DNA of 64,000 nucleotides from Candidatus Moraniibacteriota bacterium (GTDB lineage: Bacteria > Patescibacteriota > Minisyncoccia > Moranbacterales > UBA1568). Location of the stretch: the NCBI GenBank assembly GCA_023261695.1, contig JAHFON010000003.1:6682-70681 (forward strand), read 5' to 3'. The position numbers and the translations under genes are program-made. This document shows positions 53,901 to 61,326 of this stretch, piece after piece (position 1 is the first letter of the stretch; every line of letters starts with the position of its first letter). The notes under the pieces were generated by a model that was not told where the DNA came from, ran no database searches, and saw only the letters and a program-made list of their open reading frames with translations.

Positions 53901-54067
53901 ATATAATGCGTATGCTTGAGAAATCACATATGGAAAAAAGTTTTAAGGATAGTGTATTTTTTGTCTTTTCAGATGGTGCAATGCAAACAATCTATCCGAA
54001 AATTGCAACTTTGTATTTAAACACAAGAAAACGAGGATTTGGGGAGGCGCCATGGTTTGAGAATTAA
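50981..54067 (+). CDS. Asparagine-synthetase-B-like amidotransferase fused to an NMT1/THI5-like binding fold and a C-terminal Rossmann-like domain
   Basis: MCGI (Ntn Cys), HRG, NGEVFNY, LSGGVDSS, GEGSDELFGGY, EVRCPF; then FPVYFAAQEGYF..DLEVDF..GGD; then LKFIGFWGAGKK...ITFILADEHA. Confidence 0.75.
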   Translation: MCGIVGIFGKNNASQRARASLEKIVHRGSNVYELKDFVGGTLGANRLPIVDREFGQQPLPNEDGGIFVVQNGEVFNYKELQAELKQKGHNFKTDCDTEVLVHLYEEYREKMMDKIDSEMFAFVIYDTKTNSVFAARDALGVKPLYYATDKTGQFYFASEIKQLSCFDDIKNIRVFPPGHYYENGKFKQYLSLKIGNNIKNEKRATRELEVRLVDAVKKRVKTDLPIGVLLSGGVDSSLIMEIASRLHPDVTGIILGYPGSSDHEFALRLCKERGYKYHIVRPDIDYKQELDLLIYHLETYEPLIIRQSFALDICAREAQRLGLRIVLVGEGSDELFGGYNEFSNLPDKLINKGCEMLVKSLHAGHLQRVDRMSMKHTVEVRCPFFDKDVVKLALQIHGDLKVRRQNHQIITKYIVRKVAENFLPSYIAWRYKVPFSNGAGMNVGSNFKVQDGDVAKVVLQKAEVNIETEVVKKYGVNTKEGRYYLKKYFEYGFDKVVGSERRLIVKDNLGDLYKAKRTRLVMAEFDRLAIYFPVYFAAQEGYFKTHDLEVDFIATGGDDRTYASLVNNSAHIGLADPMFAMFENIGGVKGEIIGELVNIVPNVAVTINPSIQINEIKDFTKYRVGTFQKFTTTHSVAKYFLPSQTEIIPYDYDELVGKLIDRKIDVAIVIPEQAVELVASGGRIVFDFKILGKNFLFSGFTISNLIELKYRKKLKSFISAIRESTRYIIKNKEISFKTFQKLFPYLKNPRVIFDYYLDIWSPTIKVENSDYHAAQKMWKQVCPELLKEYLPYFGTKSITEPVLEKINDRNFRRDFPFLEDRLEELIINSMSNGAVLKFIGFWGAGKKNRITTLDKEIIDRLKKYFDGIRKVLGANIEITFILADEHAKNNGFVPREYNSYLSGIKEYLEKNDFKTMHLNILWKKWGLNQSCIIKLLEKKSERWWRDVPIAEKLENQAVKRFLFKNKKEGAQKYYIMRMLEKSHMEKSFKDSVFFVFSDGAMQTIYPKIATLYLNTRKRGFGEAPWFEN

Positions 54068-54091
54068 TGATAATTTTTTTAGTTTTAATAT

Positions 54092-55966
54092 ATGGAAAAT
54101 TGGAATTTGTTAAAGCAGGAGACCTCTGTTGTTTCAGGGGATAGAAAAATTGAACAAGAAGAAAAAGAGCGGGTTATTCGAAAAATTGCTCTTGCGACGA
54201 CCAACCAAATGGATACAGGAATTCGGGCTGTATCTGCAGCACTTAAAGACGCCGGGTTTGATGTCATGAAATTAAATTTATACGAAGATGCTAAACATAA
54301 GACTGGCGCTGATTATTCCGAAGAAGAATTACAGGCTATAATAGAAAAATTGAAAGAATTTGGAACTAATGCTTTTGGTATTTCTATTTTTGAAGTGGGT
54401 TCTACACGGGCTTTTACTTTAATTAAAAAAGTAAAAGAAGTTCTCAAGATACCAGTTTTATTGGGTGGACAACACGCAATTCAGTATCCTGATGAGTGCT
54501 TGCAATCTGGCGCTGACGCAGTCTGCATAGGAGAGGGAGAATCTGGTTTAGTGGAGTTGCTGGAAAATTGGGACAGACGTTTTGAAAGGAAGAATCTTAA
54601 TTTTGTGATTCGGAAAGAAGATTTGGTCAAATTAGATGAATTACGATCCAAGTTATTTACAGAAGAGGAAATAAGTAATTTTACTTTTGATTTTAGTTAT
54701 CACAACTACTTCGTTTTGCGGGAAGGGAAAATGGTTCCTCTGACACCAGATAATGTTAAAAACCCGGAACATCACCAGGTTGATCGTGAAGCAAAAACAT
54801 TTGTTTACGCTTCCGATAGAGGTTGTCCTCTGAATTGTTCTTTTTGTTATATCAGTAATTTGCGTAAAGAATTCATCAAAGCGAGTGTTGCAAAAGGAGA
54901 AAAGCCAATTCCTTTTTTGAGAAGAAAGAAGGCAGGTGCGGTAATCAGAGATCTTGAAGATGCAAAGAGACAGAATTCATGGATAGAATTTTTGAATCTT
55001 ATGAATGATGATACGGCTGCGCGTGATAAAGATGATCTGCAAGAATTTTCAAGGTTGTATAAAGAAAAAATAGGGTGGCCGTTTTATTGTATGGTAAGTC
55101 CGATAAGTCTTTTTGATAAGTCAAAATGGCAAACTGGTAACACCCTGGGTGCAGTAGAGGAAGGAAGATTAAAAATTCAAGCTCTTGTTAATGCTGGATT
55201 GAAAGAATTGAATATGGGTATACAAACGAATGGGAAAACAAATTTTGAAATATATGATAGATGGCAACCAGATGAAGTGATGCTTATGATTACACACATG
55301 CTTCATGAGTTTGCTCGTTTAGACTTGAATAAAAATGAAGACGGTAAAGTGGATTTATTTTTTGATTTTATTATTCATAATCCACTTGAAATGCGAGAAG
55401 ACATAAAGCGCACAATAGAACTTATAAAGAGACTGAAGCCGCCATTTGATCTTGTAGCTCATACTCTATATGTGGGAAAAAGGTCAAGAATGCGCAGCGC
55501 TTATGAATACGAAAAAAAGAAGGCAACACAAGAAGAGAGACCTTATGAAAAGGTTATAGAAGATGTTGTCGGGGAATCGGATTTTCATGATACGCACAGA
55601 TTTTATGACTATCTCAAAGACAATCATAATTTTGTGATTAACTCTGTTATAGAATTTATGGCCGGCAGACATGATGTAAATATGACAGGCAGAATTCCAA
55701 GGCATGCCAAAGATTTGATGGTATTTGATGTGTTTAGAGCGTTACGAGAAAAGCATCCTGATTTTGAAAAATTATTGTTAGAGCTTCAAATTTCAGATTC
55801 ATTGTTGTCTATTGATTTATTTGCTTCAGATAAGGTAGATCGATATTTTAGGGAAAACGAAGGTGTGTTTAAGGAATTATTTGTATCAATGCAAGAAGCG
55901 CATCCGATTTGTTATTCTAATGAAGCCAAGGCACGGACGGGGAGAATTTTAACTCAACAAGAATAA
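54092..55966 (+). CDS. Cobalamin-binding radical SAM protein
   Basis: GIRAVSAALK..FGIS..LLGGQHA..DAVCIGEGE B12-binding domain; SDRGCPLNCSFC. Confidence 0.88.
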   Translation: MENWNLLKQETSVVSGDRKIEQEEKERVIRKIALATTNQMDTGIRAVSAALKDAGFDVMKLNLYEDAKHKTGADYSEEELQAIIEKLKEFGTNAFGISIFEVGSTRAFTLIKKVKEVLKIPVLLGGQHAIQYPDECLQSGADAVCIGEGESGLVELLENWDRRFERKNLNFVIRKEDLVKLDELRSKLFTEEEISNFTFDFSYHNYFVLREGKMVPLTPDNVKNPEHHQVDREAKTFVYASDRGCPLNCSFCYISNLRKEFIKASVAKGEKPIPFLRRKKAGAVIRDLEDAKRQNSWIEFLNLMNDDTAARDKDDLQEFSRLYKEKIGWPFYCMVSPISLFDKSKWQTGNTLGAVEEGRLKIQALVNAGLKELNMGIQTNGKTNFEIYDRWQPDEVMLMITHMLHEFARLDLNKNEDGKVDLFFDFIIHNPLEMREDIKRTIELIKRLKPPFDLVAHTLYVGKRSRMRSAYEYEKKKATQEERPYEKVIEDVVGESDFHDTHRFYDYLKDNHNFVINSVIEFMAGRHDVNMTGRIPRHAKDLMVFDVFRALREKHPDFEKLLLELQISDSLLSIDLFASDKVDRYFRENEGVFKELFVSMQEAHPICYSNEAKARTGRILTQQE

Positions 55967-56037
55967 TTGACCGGCTTGCTCAATTAGAAATGTAGGTGTG
56001 TAAATGTATGATAGAGTTTCTGGATTTTTAGTGGGGC

Positions 56038-57117
56038 TGCATAAGTTCAGATACATTTGGCAGTCCTCTTAATTGAGGACTTATGCAACAATTCAACAAG
56101 TTTAGGGGAACGAAAGGATTTATTGTAGCTTGGCAACATCTGTTACGCTTTCGGTATATGATTACCGAACAAGCGCAAGAACGGTGCCGCAGACTCGCTT
56201 TCTGGGAGCGTCATGGCACCAAGGCAGCCACAGAAGCCTTTCATATCTCAGAACGCACATTGTTTCGTTGGCAGGCGGCGTTGAAAACCTCACGGGGAAA
56301 ACTGGACGGACTTAATCCGAAGAGTACGGCTCCGCGCGCGAGGAATCAAAGAATCGTTTCGCCCCAACTGGCACAAGCTATCATCGCGCTCCGTTTTGCA
56401 CACCCTCGCCTTGGCAAAGACAAGCTCCGGCCTCTGCTTTTAGCCAGCAAGCATCCGGTGTCTGTCTCAACGATAGGCCGGATCCTCGCTGATTTGAAGC
56501 AAGCGGGGAAACTGCCTGATCCAAAGAAGCTTTCTCTGTCAGGCGCTACCGGGAAACTGTTGGAAAAGAAGCGTCAGAAAAGGAAAAAACTGCGGAGACC
56601 AAAGGGACAGAGAGTTCTTGAAGTGGATACCGTTGTCCGTTTCATTGACGGCGTAAAACGCTACATCGTCACGGGCATTGATACGGAAACCCGAGTCGCC
56701 TTTGCCGCCTGCTATACGAATCACGGATCCTCCTCGGCCTCTGACTTCTTGCAAAGAGCCCAACAAGTTATTCCGGATTGTCCGGAGGCCGTCCAGACGG
56801 ATAATGGCAGTGAGTTTGCGCTCCATTTTGAAACGGCCTGTCTGCTACTGGGTCTGACTCATTTCCATACTTATCCCAGATCTCCCCAGATGAATGCTCA
56901 CATCGAACGCTTTAATCGTACGTTAGATGAAGAATTTCTCTGTTACTCCAAAGCGTTAATGCGAGATGATGTCCAGAGCTTCAATCAGAAGCTCATTGAC
57001 TGGTTCCTCTGGTACAATGGCGAAAGGCCGCACTATGCTCTTGGCCAAGTTGCCCCCTTGAGGTATATGATGAGATTATTATTCGCAGAGGACTGCCAAA
57101 TGTGGTGGACGCATACA
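56038..57117 (+). mobile_element. IS481-like insertion sequence, 1080 bp
   Basis: Imperfect terminal IRs TG...CA sharing ACATTTGGCAGTCCTC; 5-bp target duplication GGGGC at 56033-56037 and 57118-57122. Confidence 0.85.
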
Positions 57118-57189
57118 GGGGCTTGCGTGCTTGCGAGAAAAAAGTTATTATATTTGCAGAGAGAAAATGCGTCGGTTTTTCTCCGCTAA
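56083..57189 (+). CDS. DDE (rve/integrase-core) transposase
   Basis: HTH, EVDT, QTDNGSEF, NAHIERFNRTL, YNGERPH. Confidence 0.92.
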   Translation: MQQFNKFRGTKGFIVAWQHLLRFRYMITEQAQERCRRLAFWERHGTKAATEAFHISERTLFRWQAALKTSRGKLDGLNPKSTAPRARNQRIVSPQLAQAIIALRFAHPRLGKDKLRPLLLASKHPVSVSTIGRILADLKQAGKLPDPKKLSLSGATGKLLEKKRQKRKKLRRPKGQRVLEVDTVVRFIDGVKRYIVTGIDTETRVAFAACYTNHGSSSASDFLQRAQQVIPDCPEAVQTDNGSEFALHFETACLLLGLTHFHTYPRSPQMNAHIERFNRTLDEEFLCYSKALMRDDVQSFNQKLIDWFLWYNGERPHYALGQVAPLRYMMRLLFAEDCQMWWTHTGACVLARKKLLYLQRENASVFLR

Positions 57190-57204
57190 GATTTAATTAG
57201 TACA

Positions 57205-57591
57205 ATGCAAAGTCTTATGACAGACAATGTGAAGGACCGGGATTTTATAGAGTATATTGTTAAAATGTTGGTGGATAATCCGGACGATGTGAAAGTGGAG
57301 CGCAAGATTGATGAAATGGGGGTGCTGATTACGCTGGACGTGAACCCGAGCGATATGGGTATGGTGATTGGACGCGAGGGTATGACGGCCAAGGCGCTCC
57401 GCACACTGCTCCGTGTCATCGGTGCTCGCAATAACGCGCGTGTTAATTTGAAAATCAACGAACCGGAAGGCTCCGAGCGTCGCTCCCGCGAGCCGCGCGA
57501 AGAACGGACAGAAGACCGTTCAGTCTCGTCGCCCGCTTCACCGGAAGAAAAAAAGACTTTGGATGACGTAATGAACGATATTCAAATTTAG
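57205..57591 (+). CDS. khpA: KH-domain RNA-binding protein
   Basis: IVKMLVDNPDDV, DMGMVIGREG.TAKALRTLL; candidate promoter TTGCGT-N17-TATTAT at 57123-57151. Confidence 0.9.
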   Translation: MQSLMTDNVKDRDFIEYIVKMLVDNPDDVKVERKIDEMGVLITLDVNPSDMGMVIGREGMTAKALRTLLRVIGARNNARVNLKINEPEGSERRSREPREERTEDRSVSSPASPEEKKTLDDVMNDIQI

Positions 57592-57617
57592 TCGTTGAAT
57601 ATTTTTTGATTATCCTA

Positions 57618-57652
57618 AAATACTCTGCGCTTTATAACGCAGAGTATTTGTT
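57618..57652 (+). terminator. Hairpin terminator after khpA
   Basis: AAATACTCTGCG-ctttataa-CGCAGAGTATTT. Confidence 0.7.
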
Positions 57653-57737
57653 GTCACTGACCATTTTATTTGTATTGGGGGGTTTATGTTTTTATGCTAG
57701 GCTGGTGATAGTTATGTATTTGCGAAAAAAATGTGTT

Positions 57738-58298
57738 ATGAAAGTTGAGCGTTTGGATATTGAGGGATTGTTAGTTTTGGCGCCGAAGGTTTTTTGCGAC
57801 AGCCGCGGGTATTTTTTTGAGACGTTTAGTCAGATTAAATATGAAAAGATCGGCATAGCGGAAACATTCGTTCAAGACAATGAGTCAGAATCAGCAAGCG
57901 GCGTTTTGCGCGGGTTGCATTTTCAAGCACCGCCTTTTGCGCAAGGAAAATTGGTGCGGGTGATTGCCGGTCGTGTGATTGATGTGGCGGTGGACATTCG
58001 CGTCGGCTCTCCCACATTTGGGAAGTACGCGTCGGTGGAACTTTCCGCGGAAAACAAAAAACAATTCTGGATTCCTGCCGGTTTTGCTCACGGATTTGTC
58101 GCTTTGGAAGCGGACACGATTTTTGCTTACAAAGTGACAGCGCCCTATTCCCAAGAATGCGACGGCGGTATTCTGTGGAATGATCCGGCGCTGAATATTA
58201 AGTGGCCGATCCCAGCGCCTATCGTTTCCGAAAAAGATAGCCATTTGCCGTCCCTGAATGAGTATTTGAAAGATCCCAAGTTTCACTATGAAAAATAA
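57738..58298 (+). CDS. rmlC: dTDP-4-dehydrorhamnose 3,5-epimerase
   Basis: DSRGYFFE, FVQDNES, GVLRGLHFQ, IPAGFAHGF. Confidence 0.96.
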   Translation: MKVERLDIEGLLVLAPKVFCDSRGYFFETFSQIKYEKIGIAETFVQDNESESASGVLRGLHFQAPPFAQGKLVRVIAGRVIDVAVDIRVGSPTFGKYASVELSAENKKQFWIPAGFAHGFVALEADTIFAYKVTAPYSQECDGGILWNDPALNIKWPIPAPIVSEKDSHLPSLNEYLKDPKFHYEK

Positions 58299-58304
58299 TC
58301 ACGT

Positions 58305-59312
58305 ATGAAAATTTTAGTTACCGGAGGCGCCGGTTTCATAGGCTCAAACTTTATTCATTATATCCTGCGGATATATCCGGAATATCACGTTATCAATCTG
58401 GACGCTGTAACGTATGCGGGAAATCTGGAAAATTTGAAAGAGTGGAAGGATGACGCGCGTTATAGTTTTGTGAAGGGGAGTATTACGGACAAAGATCTGG
58501 TGGACGGTCTTGTGGCAGAGGCGGACATCATAGTGCATTTCGCGGCGGAGTCGCATGTGGATCGTTCTATTCTGAACCCCGACGCTTTCATTGTTACGAA
58601 TATCTGCGGCACATACACACTGCTTGAGGCGGCGCGCAAATATAACCGGCGCTTTCATCATATTTCCACGGACGAAGTTTTTGGCGCGCTCGGACCCAAT
58701 GATAGACCGTTTGATGAAAATACCGCTTATGATCCCAGAAGTCCATATAGCGCTTCCAAGGCCAGCTCCGATCATTTGGCTCGCGCTTATTTTCACACTT
58801 ACGGTTTACCGATAACTATTTCCAATTGTTCCAATAATTACGGACCGTACCATTTTCCGGAAAAACTGATTCCGCTCGCGATCACCAATCTTTTGGAAAA
58901 CAAAAAGGTGCCGGTATACGGCGACGGTTTACAAGTGCGCGATTGGCTATACGTGGAAGATCATTGCAAAGCGATTGATCTGATTATGCACAAGGGAAAA
59001 ACCGGAGAGACGTATTGCGTGGGCGGCGGAAGTGAACAGCCGAATATCTGGATTGTAAAAAAGTTGCTCGCCTTGCTGGGCAAAGACGAGAATCTGATTG
59101 AATATGTAAAAGATCGCGCCGGACATGACCGCCGCTACGCGATTGATTTTTCCAAAATTAAGAAGGAATTGGGCTGGGAGCCGCAAGTGAATTTGGAAGA
59201 AGGGTTGAAAAATACCATTGAGTGGTACAAAAATAATCAGGATTGGTGGAGAAAAATAAAAAGCGGGGAGTATAAAGATTATTACGCGAAACAATACAAC
59301 GATGGCAAGTGA
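58305..59312 (+). CDS. rmlB: dTDP-glucose 4,6-dehydratase
   Basis: TGGAGFIGS, AAESHVDRS, STDEV, YSASKA. Confidence 0.97.
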   Translation: MKILVTGGAGFIGSNFIHYILRIYPEYHVINLDAVTYAGNLENLKEWKDDARYSFVKGSITDKDLVDGLVAEADIIVHFAAESHVDRSILNPDAFIVTNICGTYTLLEAARKYNRRFHHISTDEVFGALGPNDRPFDENTAYDPRSPYSASKASSDHLARAYFHTYGLPITISNCSNNYGPYHFPEKLIPLAITNLLENKKVPVYGDGLQVRDWLYVEDHCKAIDLIMHKGKTGETYCVGGGSEQPNIWIVKKLLALLGKDENLIEYVKDRAGHDRRYAIDFSKIKKELGWEPQVNLEEGLKNTIEWYKNNQDWWRKIKSGEYKDYYAKQYNDGK

Positions 59313-60168
59313 AAAAGTTTTAGTATTGGGCGCCAAAGGAATGCTCGGACAGGAATTAGTGCGGGTTTTTAGCGTGGATAAAAAGTATGAGGTAACGGGG
59401 TGGGACAGGGAAGAGATTGATGTTACGAATTTTTCCGAGGCGGAAAGAAAAATTAAAAAATATGCGCCGCGGATTATTATAAACGCGGCGGCTTATAACG
59501 CCGTTGATTTGTGTGAAGAAAGCGAGGAGGAGTATCAGAGGGCGTTGACGCTTAACGCTGAAGTTCCGAAATTTCTTGCCTGTTTGGCGAAAGATTTGGA
59601 CGCAGTATCTGTTCATTATTCCACGGATTATGTGTTTGACGGGGAGAATGGTAATGAGGGATATGATGAGCGGGCTGAACCAAATCCCATTTCAAAATAC
59701 GGAAAGAGCAAATGGGAAGGGGAGAAAAATGTTTTGGCGCAAAGCGGAAAATCGTACTTGATTCGGCTGTCAAAATTATTTGGAAAACCGGCATTATCCA
59801 TCGGCGGCAAAAAAAGTTTTTTTGAAAAAATGCTGGAAGTTGCAAAAGATAAATCGGAAGTAAGCGCGGTGGATGATGAAAAAAGCTGTTTTACATACGC
59901 GCCCGATTTGGCGAAGGCGACGCTTGCGCTCATCAGAGACAATGCACCGTATGGTATTTACCATTTGCCAAATGAGAAACCAGCGACGTGGTACGGGGCG
60001 GCTTTAGAACTTTTTCGTTTGGCCAAAATGGACATGACCGTGGAAGCGGTACCGGCGGAGACTTTCCCGCGCCCAGCCCGTCGGCCGAAATATTCTGCCT
60101 TGTTGAATACAAAGAGACCGCTCCTTCGTTCATATACTGAAGCGCTGAAAGAATTTTTAGAAAGTTAA
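59302..60168 (+). CDS. rmlD: dTDP-4-dehydrorhamnose reductase
   Basis: GAKGMLG, STDYVFDG, YGKSK, ARRPKYSAL. Confidence 0.94.
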   Translation: MASEKVLVLGAKGMLGQELVRVFSVDKKYEVTGWDREEIDVTNFSEAERKIKKYAPRIIINAAAYNAVDLCEESEEEYQRALTLNAEVPKFLACLAKDLDAVSVHYSTDYVFDGENGNEGYDERAEPNPISKYGKSKWEGEKNVLAQSGKSYLIRLSKLFGKPALSIGGKKSFFEKMLEVAKDKSEVSAVDDEKSCFTYAPDLAKATLALIRDNAPYGIYHLPNEKPATWYGAALELFRLAKMDMTVEAVPAETFPRPARRPKYSALLNTKRPLLRSYTEALKEFLES

Positions 60169-60217
60169 AACCGCTACCGGATTTTCACGAGGTTTCGTGA
60201 GTTATCCGATAGCGGTT
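60168..60217. repeat. 50-bp palindromic direct repeat, copy 1
   Basis: AAACCGCTACCGGATTTTCACGAGGTTTCGTGAGTTATCCGATAGCGGTT, identical to 60830-60879. Confidence 0.95.
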
Positions 60218-60248
60218 ATCTATCTCCTTTCTTTATTTTACACAAACG

Positions 60249-60800
60249 TTACAAATATTGTTTGCGTGATGTCGGTACTGTCGGCGCCGGCGGTGGGGGA
60301 GATGGCTCTGGTAATACTGGTACTTTGGAGGGGGTTATCACCAATGGCAACCCCTCATTGAGTATGATTGAGATTAATTCTGCTACTTTACTACCTAAAT
60401 CCACTACCACTACTTGTTTGCATTTTTTAAATTCCTGATGTTTTATAATACCATGTGCCACAAGCAACTCACCTTTAACATTCTCAAGAATGCTTCCGGT
60501 TAAAGATTCATCGGTATTTTTTTCTACCAACACCGCTATTTCTATTACCACCATGGGGGCTTCCACTCCGTTCTGCTTTGCGATCTCTTTGGCTATCTCG
60601 TCAAATTTCCCAGTGGAACACAGTACGAGGTCGCTTGGTTTAACCATTTGAAGCTTTATCATCTTTGCTGATGTTGCCATTCCTTGTTCTTGGGCGGCAA
60701 CATCGCGAATGTTCCATCCAAGAGAGAGAAAAATAGCGGCGACGAAGAAACACGAAATGTAAATCATGTTTACGAATGTTTTTTGCACTGACTTGTTCAT
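60249..60800 (-). CDS. Hypothetical exported or membrane-anchored protein with Pro-rich tail
   Basis: SD GAGGAGGG, N-terminal hydrophobic segment, ends PEPSPPPPAPTVPTSRKQYL*. Confidence 0.7.
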   Translation of the reverse strand: MNKSVQKTFVNMIYISCFFVAAIFLSLGWNIRDVAAQEQGMATSAKMIKLQMVKPSDLVLCSTGKFDEIAKEIAKQNGVEAPMVVIEIAVLVEKNTDESLTGSILENVKGELLVAHGIIKHQEFKKCKQVVVVDLGSKVAELISIILNEGLPLVITPSKVPVLPEPSPPPPAPTVPTSRKQYL

Positions 60801-60829
60801 CTTTCCCTCCTCTTCTCTTTGGATGTGTT

Positions 60830-60879
60830 AAACCGCTACCGGATTTTCACGAGGTTTCGTGAGTTATCCGATAGCGGTT
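60830..60879. repeat. 50-bp palindromic direct repeat, copy 2
   Basis: Identical to 60168-60217. Confidence 0.95.
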
Positions 60880-60905
60880 GGTTCCATCTCCTCTCTCGTT
60901 AGAAA

Positions 60906-61076
60906 TCAGAAATATGTGCGGCCTGGTGGCTTTGGTGTTAATTCTTCCTGTTCCTGTACCACGTGCCGTGCGGAAAATCTTTTGTAATCCTTGTATATCG
61001 TTGACCATCCTAAGACGGCCAAAGATACCACAACTCCGATTGCCAATAATTTAACAAACGTCCAGACCTCATTCAT
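60906..61076 (-). CDS. 56-aa single-TM small protein (not in the ORF track)
   Basis: Manual translation MNEVWTFVKLLAIGVVVSLAVLGWSTIYKDYKRFSARHVVQEQEELTPKPPGRTYF*; SD GGAGGG; first gene after a perfect promoter. Confidence 0.7.
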   Translation of the reverse strand: MNEVWTFVKLLAIGVVVSLAVLGWSTIYKDYKRFSARHVVQEQEELTPKPPGRTYF

Positions 61077-61134
61077 TTCTCGCCCTCCCAGTTAAATGTT
61101 AGATTTTTAAGGTTACATCATTAGAATTGTTTAG

Positions 61135-61163
61135 ATTATACATCCTTTTATCGTCATTGTCAA
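61135..61163 (-). promoter_or_regulatory. Perfect-consensus sigma70 promoter
   Basis: TTGACA-N17-TATAAT on the minus strand. Confidence 0.85.
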
Positions 61164-61210
61164 TAGTGCGGAAAGGGCTGTTTTTTGGTAGTATGGAGAA
61201 GTATTTTTGG

Positions 61211-61307
61211 TGTCATCCCGATTGAAGTTCGCCAAAAGCGGACAAGTGGAAGGATCTGTTTTGTAAAAACACAGAGTCCTCGGTTCGCGGGCTCGCCCGG
61301 AATGGCA
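61211..61307. repeat. REP-like intergenic palindromic element
   Basis: TGTCATCCCG...GGATCTG...CAGAGTCC...CGGAATGGCA nested inverted repeats. Confidence 0.55.
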
Positions 61308-61326
61308 GCTTGAAGTTTTTATTTAT

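Noticed and set aside
50981-54067. Lasso peptide cyclase cluster
   Set aside because: The protein keeps the N-terminal Ntn cysteine of true glutamine amidotransferases; no B1/B2 proteins or precursor peptide were seen.
60168-60879. Integron attC sites
   Set aside because: The hairpins have AAC...GTT ends, but the flanks do not fit RYYYAAC/GTTRRRY, there is no unpaired spacer next to the R box, and no integrase is in the window. Kept only as a cassette-like repeat.
60168-60879. CRISPR array
   Set aside because: Only two copies, separated by 612 bp containing a gene; no cas genes.
60906-60920. Link between the GRTYF* end of the 56-aa protein and the RTYF motifs at 27.4-27.5 kb
   Set aside because: The codons and context differ; a four-residue match is likely coincidence.
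61211-61307. Glycine, THF or ZTP riboswitch upstream of glyA
   Set aside because: I could not find the conserved aptamer motifs; the element looks like a palindromic repeat.
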